Below are positions 11,971-22,929 of a stretch of 64,000 bases of DNA, one piece after another. Numbering within the stretch: the stretch's first letter is position 1; every line of letters begins with the position of its first letter. The stretch comes from Eledone cirrhosa (taxonomy: Eukaryota), in NCBI GenBank assembly GCA_964016885.1, contig OZ024744.1:46810001-46874000 (forward strand), read 5' to 3'. The translations under genes and the position numbers were made by a program. Below the pieces are notes generated by a model. That model had not been told where the DNA came from. It worked only from the letters and a program-made list of their open reading frames with translations, and searched no databases.

Positions 11971-12547
11971 ACATATGCTCTGTTAACCTGGCTTCCACAC
12001 ACTGAAGCATTAACACTGCAGTAACTCAACCAATCTTACAACACGTGGGTTGTATTTACAAGCAACAGAAAAGAAAACACGGAAAAATTAATTTAAATAC
12101 AAACAAAAAGAAAGATATATCGCCTTGCTTCTCTACATTTTTATTGGTAAAGATTCTCATCCAACATCTGCTAACACAATAAGTTAGTTTCAGAAGCCCC
12201 AAGTTCGAGCAGTGATTCGGTAATCTTGATAAAGTTAAACCTACATAAGTAGATATAATTCAGACTAATGGTCAGACCTGCTTTTATGAGGAGTAGTAAG
12301 AGACAATAATATATGGAAGGAGGAGGAGTGAGAGAGATAGAAAGACAAAACTGTGTTAATTCTCTCTCCCCTCTCTTCTTTTACTCTATCTACCTCTTAT
12401 GTCTTCATTTCACTGTTTTATTGTCTTATTTCCTAATTCCACTTAATTCCATTAAATATTCAATCTTGGTCGAAATAAATATTTTCATCTGTGACGATCT
12501 GTACAACCAATAATAGTAGGAGTCACGTTACATGATATGTATATATA

Positions 12548-12625
12548 CAGGGTGTCCCTGAAATATGTATACACATTTACATAGACTGTAGTTGAAGTGT
12601 GTATACATTTTTTGGGGAGACCCTG
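12548..12625. mobile_element. 78-bp Tc1/mariner-type MITE (mirror 44198-44275)
   Basis: TA|CAGGGTGTCCC...GGGAGACCCTG|TA, imperfect terminal inverted repeats of ~30 bp. Confidence 0.7.
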
Positions 12626-13514
12626 TATATATTTTATATATACATATATATATATTAAAAGATAATTGATATATAAATATAAACATATATATATATATTT
12701 ATATACACTCATATGTCTGTTTATATATTTATAAATATACATATATTAAGATATATATACTCTTATGTGTATACATCTGAAAATTATATATGCATGTAAA
12801 CAGATACCTAAACATACATGTATACATATAGATGGACAGTTATACATATACAATAATTTATTTCTATACACACATATACCACAAGTAAGGCATGGTGCTG
12901 CCAACTAACCAGACCTCCCTCATAATGGACCAGCTAGATCCCAAAATACAGGCCTGCTAGCCAACACACAGTCCCAATAAGTGTAAGTTACAGCGCAGCT
13001 ATCTGAACAGACTTGTGTTAAGACTACTCATAATCCCACTACATCTTTTGTATACTATATATATACGGGTTATATATATATACACACACACATATAATTG
13101 TGTATTCACACATTATCTTAGTAATGAAATAATTAATAATTTTAGTAAATTGTTCAAAATTCTTCATTAACCCTTTTGGTAGAAACCCAGCCAAAATTGG
13201 TTTTCGTTCTATGGAAATGGTTCCTATCTAAATTAAAGTCTTCCAACGAAATTCTATATAAAACCATATCTTAAGTTACTATGTTAATAATTAACTAACA
13301 ATTGTGATAAATAGCTCACAATTATTCATAATTAATTGAAATACAAGGTTCATAATTATAATAAAATCTTCGAAAAGGCTACGAAGCCGGTAAACCCTAA
13401 AGGTACGCAACACACACATCGCTATAGCATTTCACCAGTCCCTCCCTTCCTCAATCATTACATAGATGTGTGTGTATGTAATAATTATTTTGTATTGTGT
13501 GTCTATTTATGAAT

Positions 13515-14395
13515 ATGTATGAGTAGATGTGTGTGTGTGTGTATGTAACTCAGTAGATGTGTGTGTGTGTAACATGGTAGATGTGTGTATATAACACAGT
13601 AGATGTGGTATGTTACACAGTATATGTGTGTGTGTGTAACATGGTAGATGTCTGTATGTAACACAGTAGATGTGTGTGTATGTAACACACTAATGTGTGT
13701 GTATGTAACTCAGTAGATGTGTGTGTGTGTAACATGGTAGGTGTGTGTATATAATACAGTAGATGTGATATGTTACACAGTAGATGTGTGTGTGTGTGTG
13801 TAACATGGTAGATGTCTGTATGTAACACAGTAGATGTGTGTGTATGTAACACACTAATGTGTCTATGTAACTCAGTAGATATGTGTGTATGTAACTCAGT
13901 AGATGTGTGTGTATGTAACACAGTAGATGTGTGTGTATGTAACTCAGTAGATTTGTGTGTATGTAACACAGTAGATGTGTGTGTATGTAACTCAGAAGAT
14001 GTGTATGTAACAGAGCAGATGGGTGTATGTAACACAGTAGATGTGTGTATGTAAGACAGTAGATGTGTGTGTGTAACTCAGTAGATGTATGTGTATGTAA
14101 CACAGTAGGTGTGTGTGTATGTAACACAGTAGATATTTGTGTATGTAACACAGTAGATGTGCGTGTATGTAACACAGTAGATGTGTGTGTATGTAACACA
14201 GTAGATGTGTGTGTATGTAACACAGTAGATGTGTATGTAACACAGTAGATGTCTATGTAACACAGTAGATGTGTGTGTATGTAACACAGTAGATGTGTGA
14301 ATGTAACACAGTAGATGTCTATGTAACTCAGTAGATGTGTGTGTATGTAACACAGTAGATGTGTGTATATATAACACAGTAGATGTATATGTAAC
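13515..14395. repeat. ~24-bp minisatellite (GTAACACAGTAGATGTGTGTGTAT)n; shorter mirror array ~42860-43295
   Basis: Direct inspection. Confidence 0.92.
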
Positions 14396-15259
14396 TAAAG
14401 TGTAACGTACTTTACGAATGGACGACTAAATGATTTTAACTTGTTTTTTAACAATTGATGGTGGAAAAGTATTTTAAATTGTGTCAACTCAGACCATAAA
14501 GGGCCGCAACACATGGAGTCTGACACTCTTACCGGCTACATAGTCTGGGAGTCTATTTTACCGACACCCTAACACTACTTCTTCCTAAAATCTTCCAACA
14601 TAATTTTATACAAGAACCACATGTTAAGTTACTAATAAAATAATTAATAATCAAAAACTTCAGTAAATCCTTCAAATGATATCTCAGTAATGAAATAATT
14701 AATAATTGTTATAAATACCTCAAAATTCCTCATCAATTAAACCCAAGACAGGTAAAAACTCCAGAGTCTTTCAGTCGGACATGAAACAAATTAATTTCTA
14801 ATGGAAGAAAAAAAGATTTTAAAGTCAGCCAAGGGAGATTACTCTCAGCGACTTATTGTAAATCTTGTTCGTGAATTAATCCGGATTAAATTATTCTGGT
14901 GTATTTTGTGTGGAGGAAACTGGGTTTACGCGGTGATAGCGTGTAACTCACGAACGTATGGTTCGTGACTTCGAATCTCAGACCGGGTGGTCTGTACGTT
15001 GGGGCCTTGAACAAGACACTTTATTTCTCATTGTTTTATTTTACCCAACTGGCAAAAATAATAAGTTGTACCAGTCATTATAGGTGGACGTTGTTACATA
15101 GAATTGTCACACTGAATCTCCCTAAGAACAATGTCAACGGTACACGTGTCAATGAAATACCCAGACACATTATAATATGAGATGGGTTCTATATGTATGT
15201 AAAAAGGAGGCCATGTCACACGTTTTGTCTCGCTGAATCTCCCTGAGAACTACGTATAT

Positions 15260-16176
15260 ACTAGTGACTATATCTAGCTACATTATCTAATGTACAGTAT
15301 AGTAGTTAGTATTAGTGACTATCAGACATAGTATATCTAGGACTACATTATCTAGTGTATAGTATAGTAGTTAGTATTAATGGCTATCAGACATAGTGTA
15401 TCTAGGACTACATTATCTAATGTACAGTACAGTAGTTAGTATTAGTGACTATCAGGCATAGTGTATCTAGGACTACATTATCTAATGTACAGTATAGTAG
15501 TTAGTATTAGTGGCTATCAGACATAGTGTATCTAGGACTACATTATCTGGTGTACAGTATAGTAGTTAGTATTAGTGGCTATCAGACACAGTGTATCAAG
15601 GACTACATTATCTAATGTACACTACCGTAGTTAGTATTAGTGACTATCAGAGATAGTGTATCTAGGACTACATCATCTAATGTACAGTAGTTAGTATTAG
15701 TGGTTATCAGACATAGTTTATAAAGGAATACATTATCTAATGTACAGTACAGTAGTTAGTATTAGTGGCTATCAGACATAGTTTATCAAGGACTACATTA
15801 TCTAATATACAGTACAGCAGTTAGTATTAGTGACTATCAGATATAGTGTATCTCGGGCTACATTATCTAATGTACAGTATAGTAGTTAGTATTAGTGACT
15901 CTCACACATAGTATGACTCTCAGACATAGTATATCTAGGACTACATTATCTAATGTACAGTATATTAGTTAGTATTAGTGGCTATCAGACATAGTGTATC
16001 TAGGACTACATTATCTAATGTACAGTATACTAATTAGTATTAGTGGCTATCAGACATAGGTTATCTAGGACTACATTATCTAATGTACAGTATAATAGTT
16101 AGTATTAGTGGCTATCAGACATAGTGTATCAAGGACTACATTATCTAATGTATAATAGAGTAGTTAGTATTAGTGG
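15260..16176. repeat. 65-bp minisatellite (~14 units); mirror array ~41555-41992 has ~6-7 units
   Basis: GACTACATTA recurs at 15341, 15406 and 15471, giving a period of 65. Confidence 0.92.
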
Positions 16177-17361
16177 TAATGTTGTTATATATATTTTCCC
16201 TTGTATATAATTACTGTATCGTTGAAGGGTTCGCATAATTATATTATTTACATTAATATAGACATTAAGTAAATCTTTGTCAATTTAATTTTTCAAATAT
16301 AATCAATGAGTTGTGTTGTTAGTTTTTATTAAACAACCAAAGACAAATTCATTCTTATAGGACTTTCTAACATAGCTATCATCTCTTCTCCTGATGACAT
16401 GTCAACACCAGTTTAACTTCCACCTTTTTATTAGTAGGAGTCAATTCTTTCTCAATATCTTTGTCTCACTTCTCTCTCCTTCTCCGGGAGGAATCAGCTG
16501 TGTTTAGACCAGGAGTCTAATGAATCTATATGAATCCATACAATATCTGATTTCACTTGAAGTTTTATTCATTTCTCAATTGTGTTCAGACCTGGAGAGA
16601 GGAGATGGACTCCATCAGGTTTTAAAATATGTGCAACAAAGACTGAAATCCACTAGAGTACCCCTACAACTACCCCAAGATTTACAGGTCCATACAATAT
16701 ATATATATATATATACACCTATATCCCTTTCTCTGGAAGAAATCAAGTGTATTCAGATCTGGAAGAAGAGTGTGGTCTCCACCAGGTCTAAAATACCCAA
16801 TAAATGTTATATGTCACTAAGGTACCCCTATGATTCCACAAGGATTTCCTTTCTTTGGGACTATGTCTGAGTCAACCTGTGAAATAGGGATTGAGTAACT
16901 GTATTTTAGGGAGCTGTTTTGATATTGAAGGGACATCTGTTGGTGTAGGGTTTCGTTGATGACATAATAAGGTTCTAATACTGTAAAGAGCTACCTGAAA
17001 CACTGTCTGGTACATGTTTTGGAGACATGATCATAAAGCCATGTATAGAGAAGCAGTCAGCAAAGTTAGGATTAACATTGACTATATTGAAGAAATATAT
17101 TTTTCCAATGTTGTTATATTTTCACTTGTATATAATTACTGTATCGTTGAAGGGTTCACATAATTCTATTATTTACACAGATTAATATAGACATTAAGTA
17201 AATCTTTGTCAGCTTAGCTCCTTCAGTTGTAATCAATGTGTTGTGTTAATTTTTACTAAACAACAAAAGAAATAATCTCTTGCTTTTGTGAGTTCAGAAC
17301 AAGACAGAACAAAGGAGAGACACTAAATAACAGCCTTGTCACTGAGGAGGTTATATAATGT

Positions 17362-17895
17362 GTGACTACCTTTCCAAACACCCTAACAATAGACTACCAC
17401 TATTAGACACGGAACTCTGGTTAAACACTACAGACAAGAGGGCCCAAATTCTCCACTCACACTATGCTAAACCCATGGCCTCCAAATACCTGATACTCAA
17501 AAACTCAGCAATGTCCAATTTAATATTAAGTTTAATATTCTGATCGCAGACTTGGTAAGAGTGATGAGGAATGTGTCCCGCATGTGTGACCCAACAGAAA
17601 TGGAAAGACACATCCAACACTCCATCAACTGCATGCAGTTCTCTGGCTACAACCAAAGAGACAGAATCAGGAGCCACGGATGTGTGTCGAAAGAACTTTG
17701 ATAGACTATATATATATATTTATATCTGTATTTTTAACCGTTGGTCAGTCAATGATAAACTTTGATTGCCAGATAAATTAACTATGGAGATATAAAAGAC
17801 ACAGAAGCGAAAACCAACCCAAACCAAACATTGATTGTGTTCTGTTATTATTTTTGGCAATATTTTAACAATATGACCCTCCCCAAGTATAACAA
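17362..17895 (+). mobile_element. Rearranged Penelope fragment: ORF piece joined to the 3' terminal repeat (mirror ~39822-40362)
   Basis: DYLSKHPNNRLPLLDTELWLNTTDKRAQILHSHYAKP matches ORF 23503-24771. 17690-17895 matches 22930-23120. Confidence 0.85.
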
Positions 17896-17919
17896 TATAT
17901 ATATATATATATAGAGATA

Positions 17920-18124
17920 TATAAAGAATTAGTATATCTACCAACATATGTATACAGATGCATACCTATGCTAGCAAATATATATGTTTTGTCTTAGTAA
18001 CTTTCATATAAATGTTCTGCATCCCCTTGCATAGAACCGCAAAGTTACTAAGACAAAACATAAATATTTGCTAGCATAGGTATGCATCTGTATACATATG
18101 TTGGTAGATATACTAATTCTTTAT
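17920..18124. repeat. Near-perfect hairpin, ~85-bp arms and ~36-bp loop, left arm only
   Basis: TATAAAGAATTAGTATATC...TAGTAACTTT pairs with AAAGTTACTA...GATATACTAATTCTTTATA. Confidence 0.9.
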
Positions 18125-18398
18125 AATTATCTCCAAATTATTTGTTGAGCAAAACTTGCCGAAATTACTGCTATGGTTCATGGTAGTGGCTAGGCCCTTG
18201 TCTTAATAGCACCCCACTCCTCACTGGTTAACCTCAGTGTAACGTGATTGATTCTTTTGAATTTGCCACTGACCAAGTAGGCAGTGAATTTTTCAATGGC
18301 TTGGAATTTAGTCCCCTCTCGCTTTTTTCCATCCAGTGTATTATTTTTATATAAGTTCCCAGTGTCCTCGGATTGCCTGGAAGCTTAGCTGAGAGTAG

Positions 18399-18479
18399 AC
18401 TCCCTGATGACGTAAGGTTTCTCTGTGGATACGCTCTGTAACCATATTTATTCCCTTACAGAAACTAATTAGTTGGAGT
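18399..18479 (+). ncRNA. Minimal type I hammerhead ribozyme
   Basis: ACTCC-CTGATGA-cGTAAGG..CCTTACa-GAAA-CTAATTAG (palindrome)-TT-GGAGT. Confidence 0.7.
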
Positions 18480-18541
18480 GAAATTTTAGTAAGTAAGTAC
18501 ATTTTCATAACTTTCTTATTTACGTCTTTCATATATAGATA

Positions 18542-18620
<79 letters not shown>

Positions 18621-18624
<4 letters not shown>

Positions 18625-19114
18625 GAAAGCTAGAGTTAATAACTTATACTGAAACCCTGTAATTAACAAGCTCAAAGTATAAATACTGAGCATTATAATA
18701 ATAATATATGTAGTAATAAACACAGTAAAGATCGCCTCAATAACTATTATATCTCCCGGACAGATTAGTGATTAATCTGTTTCGCCCTGAGTGTCTTTGT
18801 AACAGATAATTAATCCACGGGCATCGTCAACGAGAGAATCGGATTAAATGCGACAAACACCTAATGCTAACAGTCACACAAAATGAATATTTCACATTTA
18901 ATGAGATTCTCTCGCTGATGAAGCCCGTGGATTATCTGTTACAAACACACTCAGGGCGAAACAGATTAATCACTAATCTGTCCGGGAGATATAATAGTTT
19001 TTGAGGCGGTCTGTATATATTTATCTCTTTCTGTCTGTTTCATGGTTAAATATTTCAAACAAATGTGGTTCTTCAACCCTCGTAATATTAGACACACGAT
19101 TTACTGTGTTTATT

Positions 19115-19120
<6 letters not shown>
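18621..19120. mobile_element. Fold-back insert between (TA)n tracts carrying sense and antisense hammerhead copies (mirror ~39350-39730)
   Basis: 18729-18840 is the reverse complement of 18905-19012, and 18708-18728 is the reverse complement of ~19100-19120. Confidence 0.8.
18908..18989 (+). ncRNA. Type I hammerhead ribozyme, canonical core, GUC site (mirror ~39388-39469, minus)
   Basis: TCTCTCG-CTGATGA-aGCCC..GGGC-GAAA-CAGATTA atcac TAATCTG-TC-CGGGAGA. Confidence 0.8.
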
Positions 19121-19202
<82 letters not shown>

Positions 19203-19494
19203 AAGAACTCAGAGCTGTTTGGGACCCTCCCTAAAGTGAACTGAAATGTAGCACAGAGGAGACTGAGGTTAGCTGGACATGCTCACCGACATTCAGAGTT
19301 GACACTGCACTCAGTGTTCCTGTGGGACACACTAGAAGATGGAGACCGAGGTTGACATATATTGATGCCCTAAGGAGAGACACCAGTCCCTTGGAGACGC
19401 AGGACGTGGCAGCGATGATGAGGGACAGAGACCGCTGGAGAGACTCGTTCATGGATCTCGGGAATTTTACCCGCCCTAAATATATATATATATA

Positions 19495-20170
19495 AAGAAT
19501 ATATTCAAGGTATATATTGAGTTAGAAACTCAAAATAGTCTCTTACAATAAATTAGCTCTAGGAAAGAGATTTTTCCGAGCCGTATAATATAACTGAACA
19601 AAAAGAAAACAAACACAGACATATACGTATATGTGTTCAAATCATAAGGGACTAGATTCGCTAAGGTGAAAAGAATACTAACTATAGACAATTTCCTAGA
19701 GCTAATTTATTGTAAGAGACTATTTTGAGTTTCTAACTCAATATATGCCTTGAATATATTCGGCTCCGTTAATTCGTCGAGCTAATTCAAATGTCGAGTA
19801 AACCCGGCTGCTATTTTTAGTGGTATGAGTTTGCGAGAAACGCTAAGTTCTGATACCATGTGCGTTATATATAAACACACTATCCAGTTTTTTTTTTAGA
19901 AGTGAGCAGGATACTAATATTTCTTCACCCGCTGATCAGCGAGAATATGGTAGTCCTTTTCACAATTAATACTGCGAAACTGTATTATCAAAACTCTTCG
20001 ATTGATTGGTAGTTACCGCAATTATGGTTTGTATTTATTTTCTTGATTTATTCTTAAATTAAGTCTGACAAACCCTATTGCCTATAGTTAGTATTCTTTT
20101 CGTCTTAGCGAATCTAGTCCCCTACGATTTGAACACATATATGTATATGTCTGTGTTCGTTTTCCTTTTA
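19495..20170. mobile_element. Insert with interleaved inverted repeats A-B-A'-B' between TA tracts (mirror ~38390-39063)
   Basis: A 19497-19566 / A' 19692-19761; B ~19604-19686 / B' ~20082-20165. Confidence 0.8.
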
Positions 20171-20693
20171 TATATAAAGAATATTAACTCGGATATCGAG
20201 TTTTGAAACGCCACTGTATTAGAATTTGTAGGAAAGTAGAAAAACTCAGCATAAGGAAGCTGTTAAAACAGTAAAATACCATCAAAGTGGTGTTGGGTAA
20301 AACATTACCTTGAAGGACAGAAATCAGCGGCTGTGAGTTGACTTGAAGAGAATGGGTACTAACGAAGATATTTATTTCTCCATTGTTACGAGCCTCCCAT
20401 TCTTCGCAGTAATCTCAGATTGAAATTGCAGGTGGTCTGAGATCTGATGAGCGCATTTTAATATTTGTGCCCTCCTCTCACCCCGGGTGTACAAGCAGTA
20501 CCATTGGTAGGGGTTGAAACTGGCAAGGTCCATCTGTACAGCTGATGAACCTGGAGTTCTGTACCTTTCATTTCTATTTTCATTTTAAAAAATTATTTTT
20601 TACGGTTTCCCCTTAAAAAAATAGTTTTTCGTTTTGCCGTGTTTTCATTTGTCTGGTCCTCAATTTGTTAATTTTCTTAAGTGTATATATATA

Positions 20694-21161
20694 CTAGCAG
20701 TGGTACCCAGCGTTTCACAGGATAAGGTATTTTGGAACGCGGGCCGCCAACAGACCTAATCGTGGAAAAACTGCATGCCTGGACAATATGTAAAGAAAAT
20801 AAACCGAATACTCTGATGGCTGGATAATCTTTACGATTTTCCTCAATGAAGTTTTTCACCTAATGCGGACCCTAGGCCATAAAAAAATTGTCTTTTCTTT
20901 GCTCACGGTATGAAGAAGAGACTGACTAATACATAGTTACAATTTCAATGAAATCAGTCTGGCGTAACGCCTCAAAAAAACCCTAAAGAGCTGAAAAAAC
21001 GCTGTTTTTCACCTACTAGGGGCCCTAGAGGATCTAAAAGTAGAGTTTTTTAATGTGCATAACACCCCTGAAATATAATTAATACACATGCAAAGTTTGA
21101 AAAAAATCGGTTGGGTACTTCTCGAATTTTAGGGATTCAAACTCACACGCACACATCCTCA

Positions 21162-21170
<9 letters not shown>
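20694..21170 (-). mobile_element. Non-autonomous Helitron-like element (mirror ~37390-37865, plus)
   Basis: The mirror copy ends ATCCTGTGAAACGCCGGGTACCACTGCTAG|T and begins in TATATATAAAACTGAGG. Confidence 0.7.
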
Positions 21171-21190
<20 letters not shown>

Positions 21191-21193
<3 letters not shown>

Positions 21194-21377
21194 ACGAAGG
21201 AAATGTGGTAAGGAACCAGGTGGACCACAACGCACCAAAGTACTCAATACTTGGGGTAGTAGAGTGGGTAATAGGAACCAGTAAGACCCCGAAGGCTGAG
21301 CTCAAGCCGTTTCGACGGCTAATTCCAGAATTAGCCGTCGAAACGGCTTGAGCTCAGCCGTCGGGGTCTTACTGGTT

Positions 21378-21382
<5 letters not shown>
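21191..21382. mobile_element. Left-arm-only insert in (TA)n; near-perfect 112-bp palindrome (21271-21382) containing a hammerhead 3' half
   Basis: ATAGGAACCAG...GCTAATTC-ca-GAATTAGC...CTGGTTCCTAT. Contains GAAA-CGGCT..AGCCG-TC-GGGG. Confidence 0.8.
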
Positions 21383-21415
<33 letters not shown>

Positions 21416-21421
<6 letters not shown>

Positions 21422-21802
21422 TGTAGGTATTGTATATTTAATAATATACTGTATGTTTATCTAAAATCATTTTGAAGGCCTTGCGCTATAAATTTAAGAT
21501 ATTGACAGACGTCACATACCTAGCTTCAGGCAACCTGTATGTTAATGAGTTTAAACAGCGCATAAACATAATTGGAATTCTATAAGAATCCACCTTCTAC
21601 AGCTCACAGCAAAAATAGGGGATATATAACCTTGATAACCATTAAAAAGTGAGAAACAATCGTTGGTTATTTCCCTTTAGTTTTGCTGAAGCCAGGTGTG
21701 TGACTATAGTTACTACCTTAAACTCATAGCAAAAAGGCCTTCAAAGTGTTTTTAACTAAACATACAGTATATTATTAAATATACAATACGTACATTCATA
21801 TA
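21416..21802. repeat. Degenerate fold-back element, ~120-bp arms, TA-flanked (mirror ~36940-37325)
   Basis: ATGAATGTAGGTATTGTATATTTAATAATATACTGTATG pairs with CATACAGTATATTATTAAATATACAATACGTACATTCAT. Confidence 0.7.
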
Positions 21803-22404
21803 TATGTCGCTATCTTAAAGCACCAATAGAAATATATATGTGTGTATATATACATATATATATATAAAGGAAGGTTTGTCATGTCTTCATTACGTTTATT
21901 GAGCAGTGAAGCATGTTTTGCTATCGATCAGCTCAAGGTTCGATCTAGCCTGACTCTAAAATCAATAGCTCATCAGACTTCTGCTGTGGTAATAATGTTA
22001 CAATCCCTAAAAATCATCATCATCATCGATTAATGTCTATCTTCCACTCTAGCATGGGTTGGACGTGTTTGTCCAATTTAGAGGCAAGTGTCGCGCTCAT
22101 ATAGATATATATAGAGAGAGGGAGAAGAGTAGACAGACAGACAATGACAAACAGGAAGAATCAACCCCAGTATTTCACTGGTATTTCATTTATGGACCTC
22201 AAAATATATAAGCAGCTTCACCTCAGTGGGATCTGTACCTAGAGAGCTAGAACAGACACTGAAAATATATCGAGATGTGCACACATGTATATAAGAACAC
22301 ATATATAAATATACAGATACATACACACAGATGCACATAATTATACACACGTACATATACATATACAATCATATTCATGTACAGAAATTTACACACACAC
22401 ACAT

Positions 22405-22482
<78 letters not shown>

Positions 22483-22863
22483 TTATTAAAATAGCAGATT
22501 AAAGTTTAAGCAAAGAATCGCTGCTTTCACCATTAACGGGATCTTCTGAAACTAACAAAGTCAATCTGTGAACGCAGATGTGAATATTTCACAAAACGTT
22601 GCAACCGGAGGAAGACAGGAAGACGATACTTTGGTTCGTGGAAACGTTCCCTATACAAATAAGTAATGGTATAAACATAACATATACTTAGCTAACACAT
22701 CAAGATGTAAAATATCCACGTTAGTTCGTACTATCCGTTAAGGTATAATGTGGGGCTGTAATACAGGAAAGTTTTGTGCAATTTATCTTTACAAGCCGAA
22801 ATTGCCTCAGACTTTTTGTTTAAGATGTGGTCTTTGGATTTTAATCTTCAAATTTATTATTAT

Positions 22864-22928
<65 letters not shown>

Positions 22929-22929
<1 letters not shown>

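Noticed and set aside
15260-16176. CRISPR-like regular array (also 13515-14395 and the 48-bp arrays)
   Set aside because: Units are contiguous with no unique spacers, there are no cas genes, and the context is eukaryotic.
20444-20550. CTGATGA...GAAAC as another hammerhead
   Set aside because: I could not form convincing stems I and III around a cleavage triplet.
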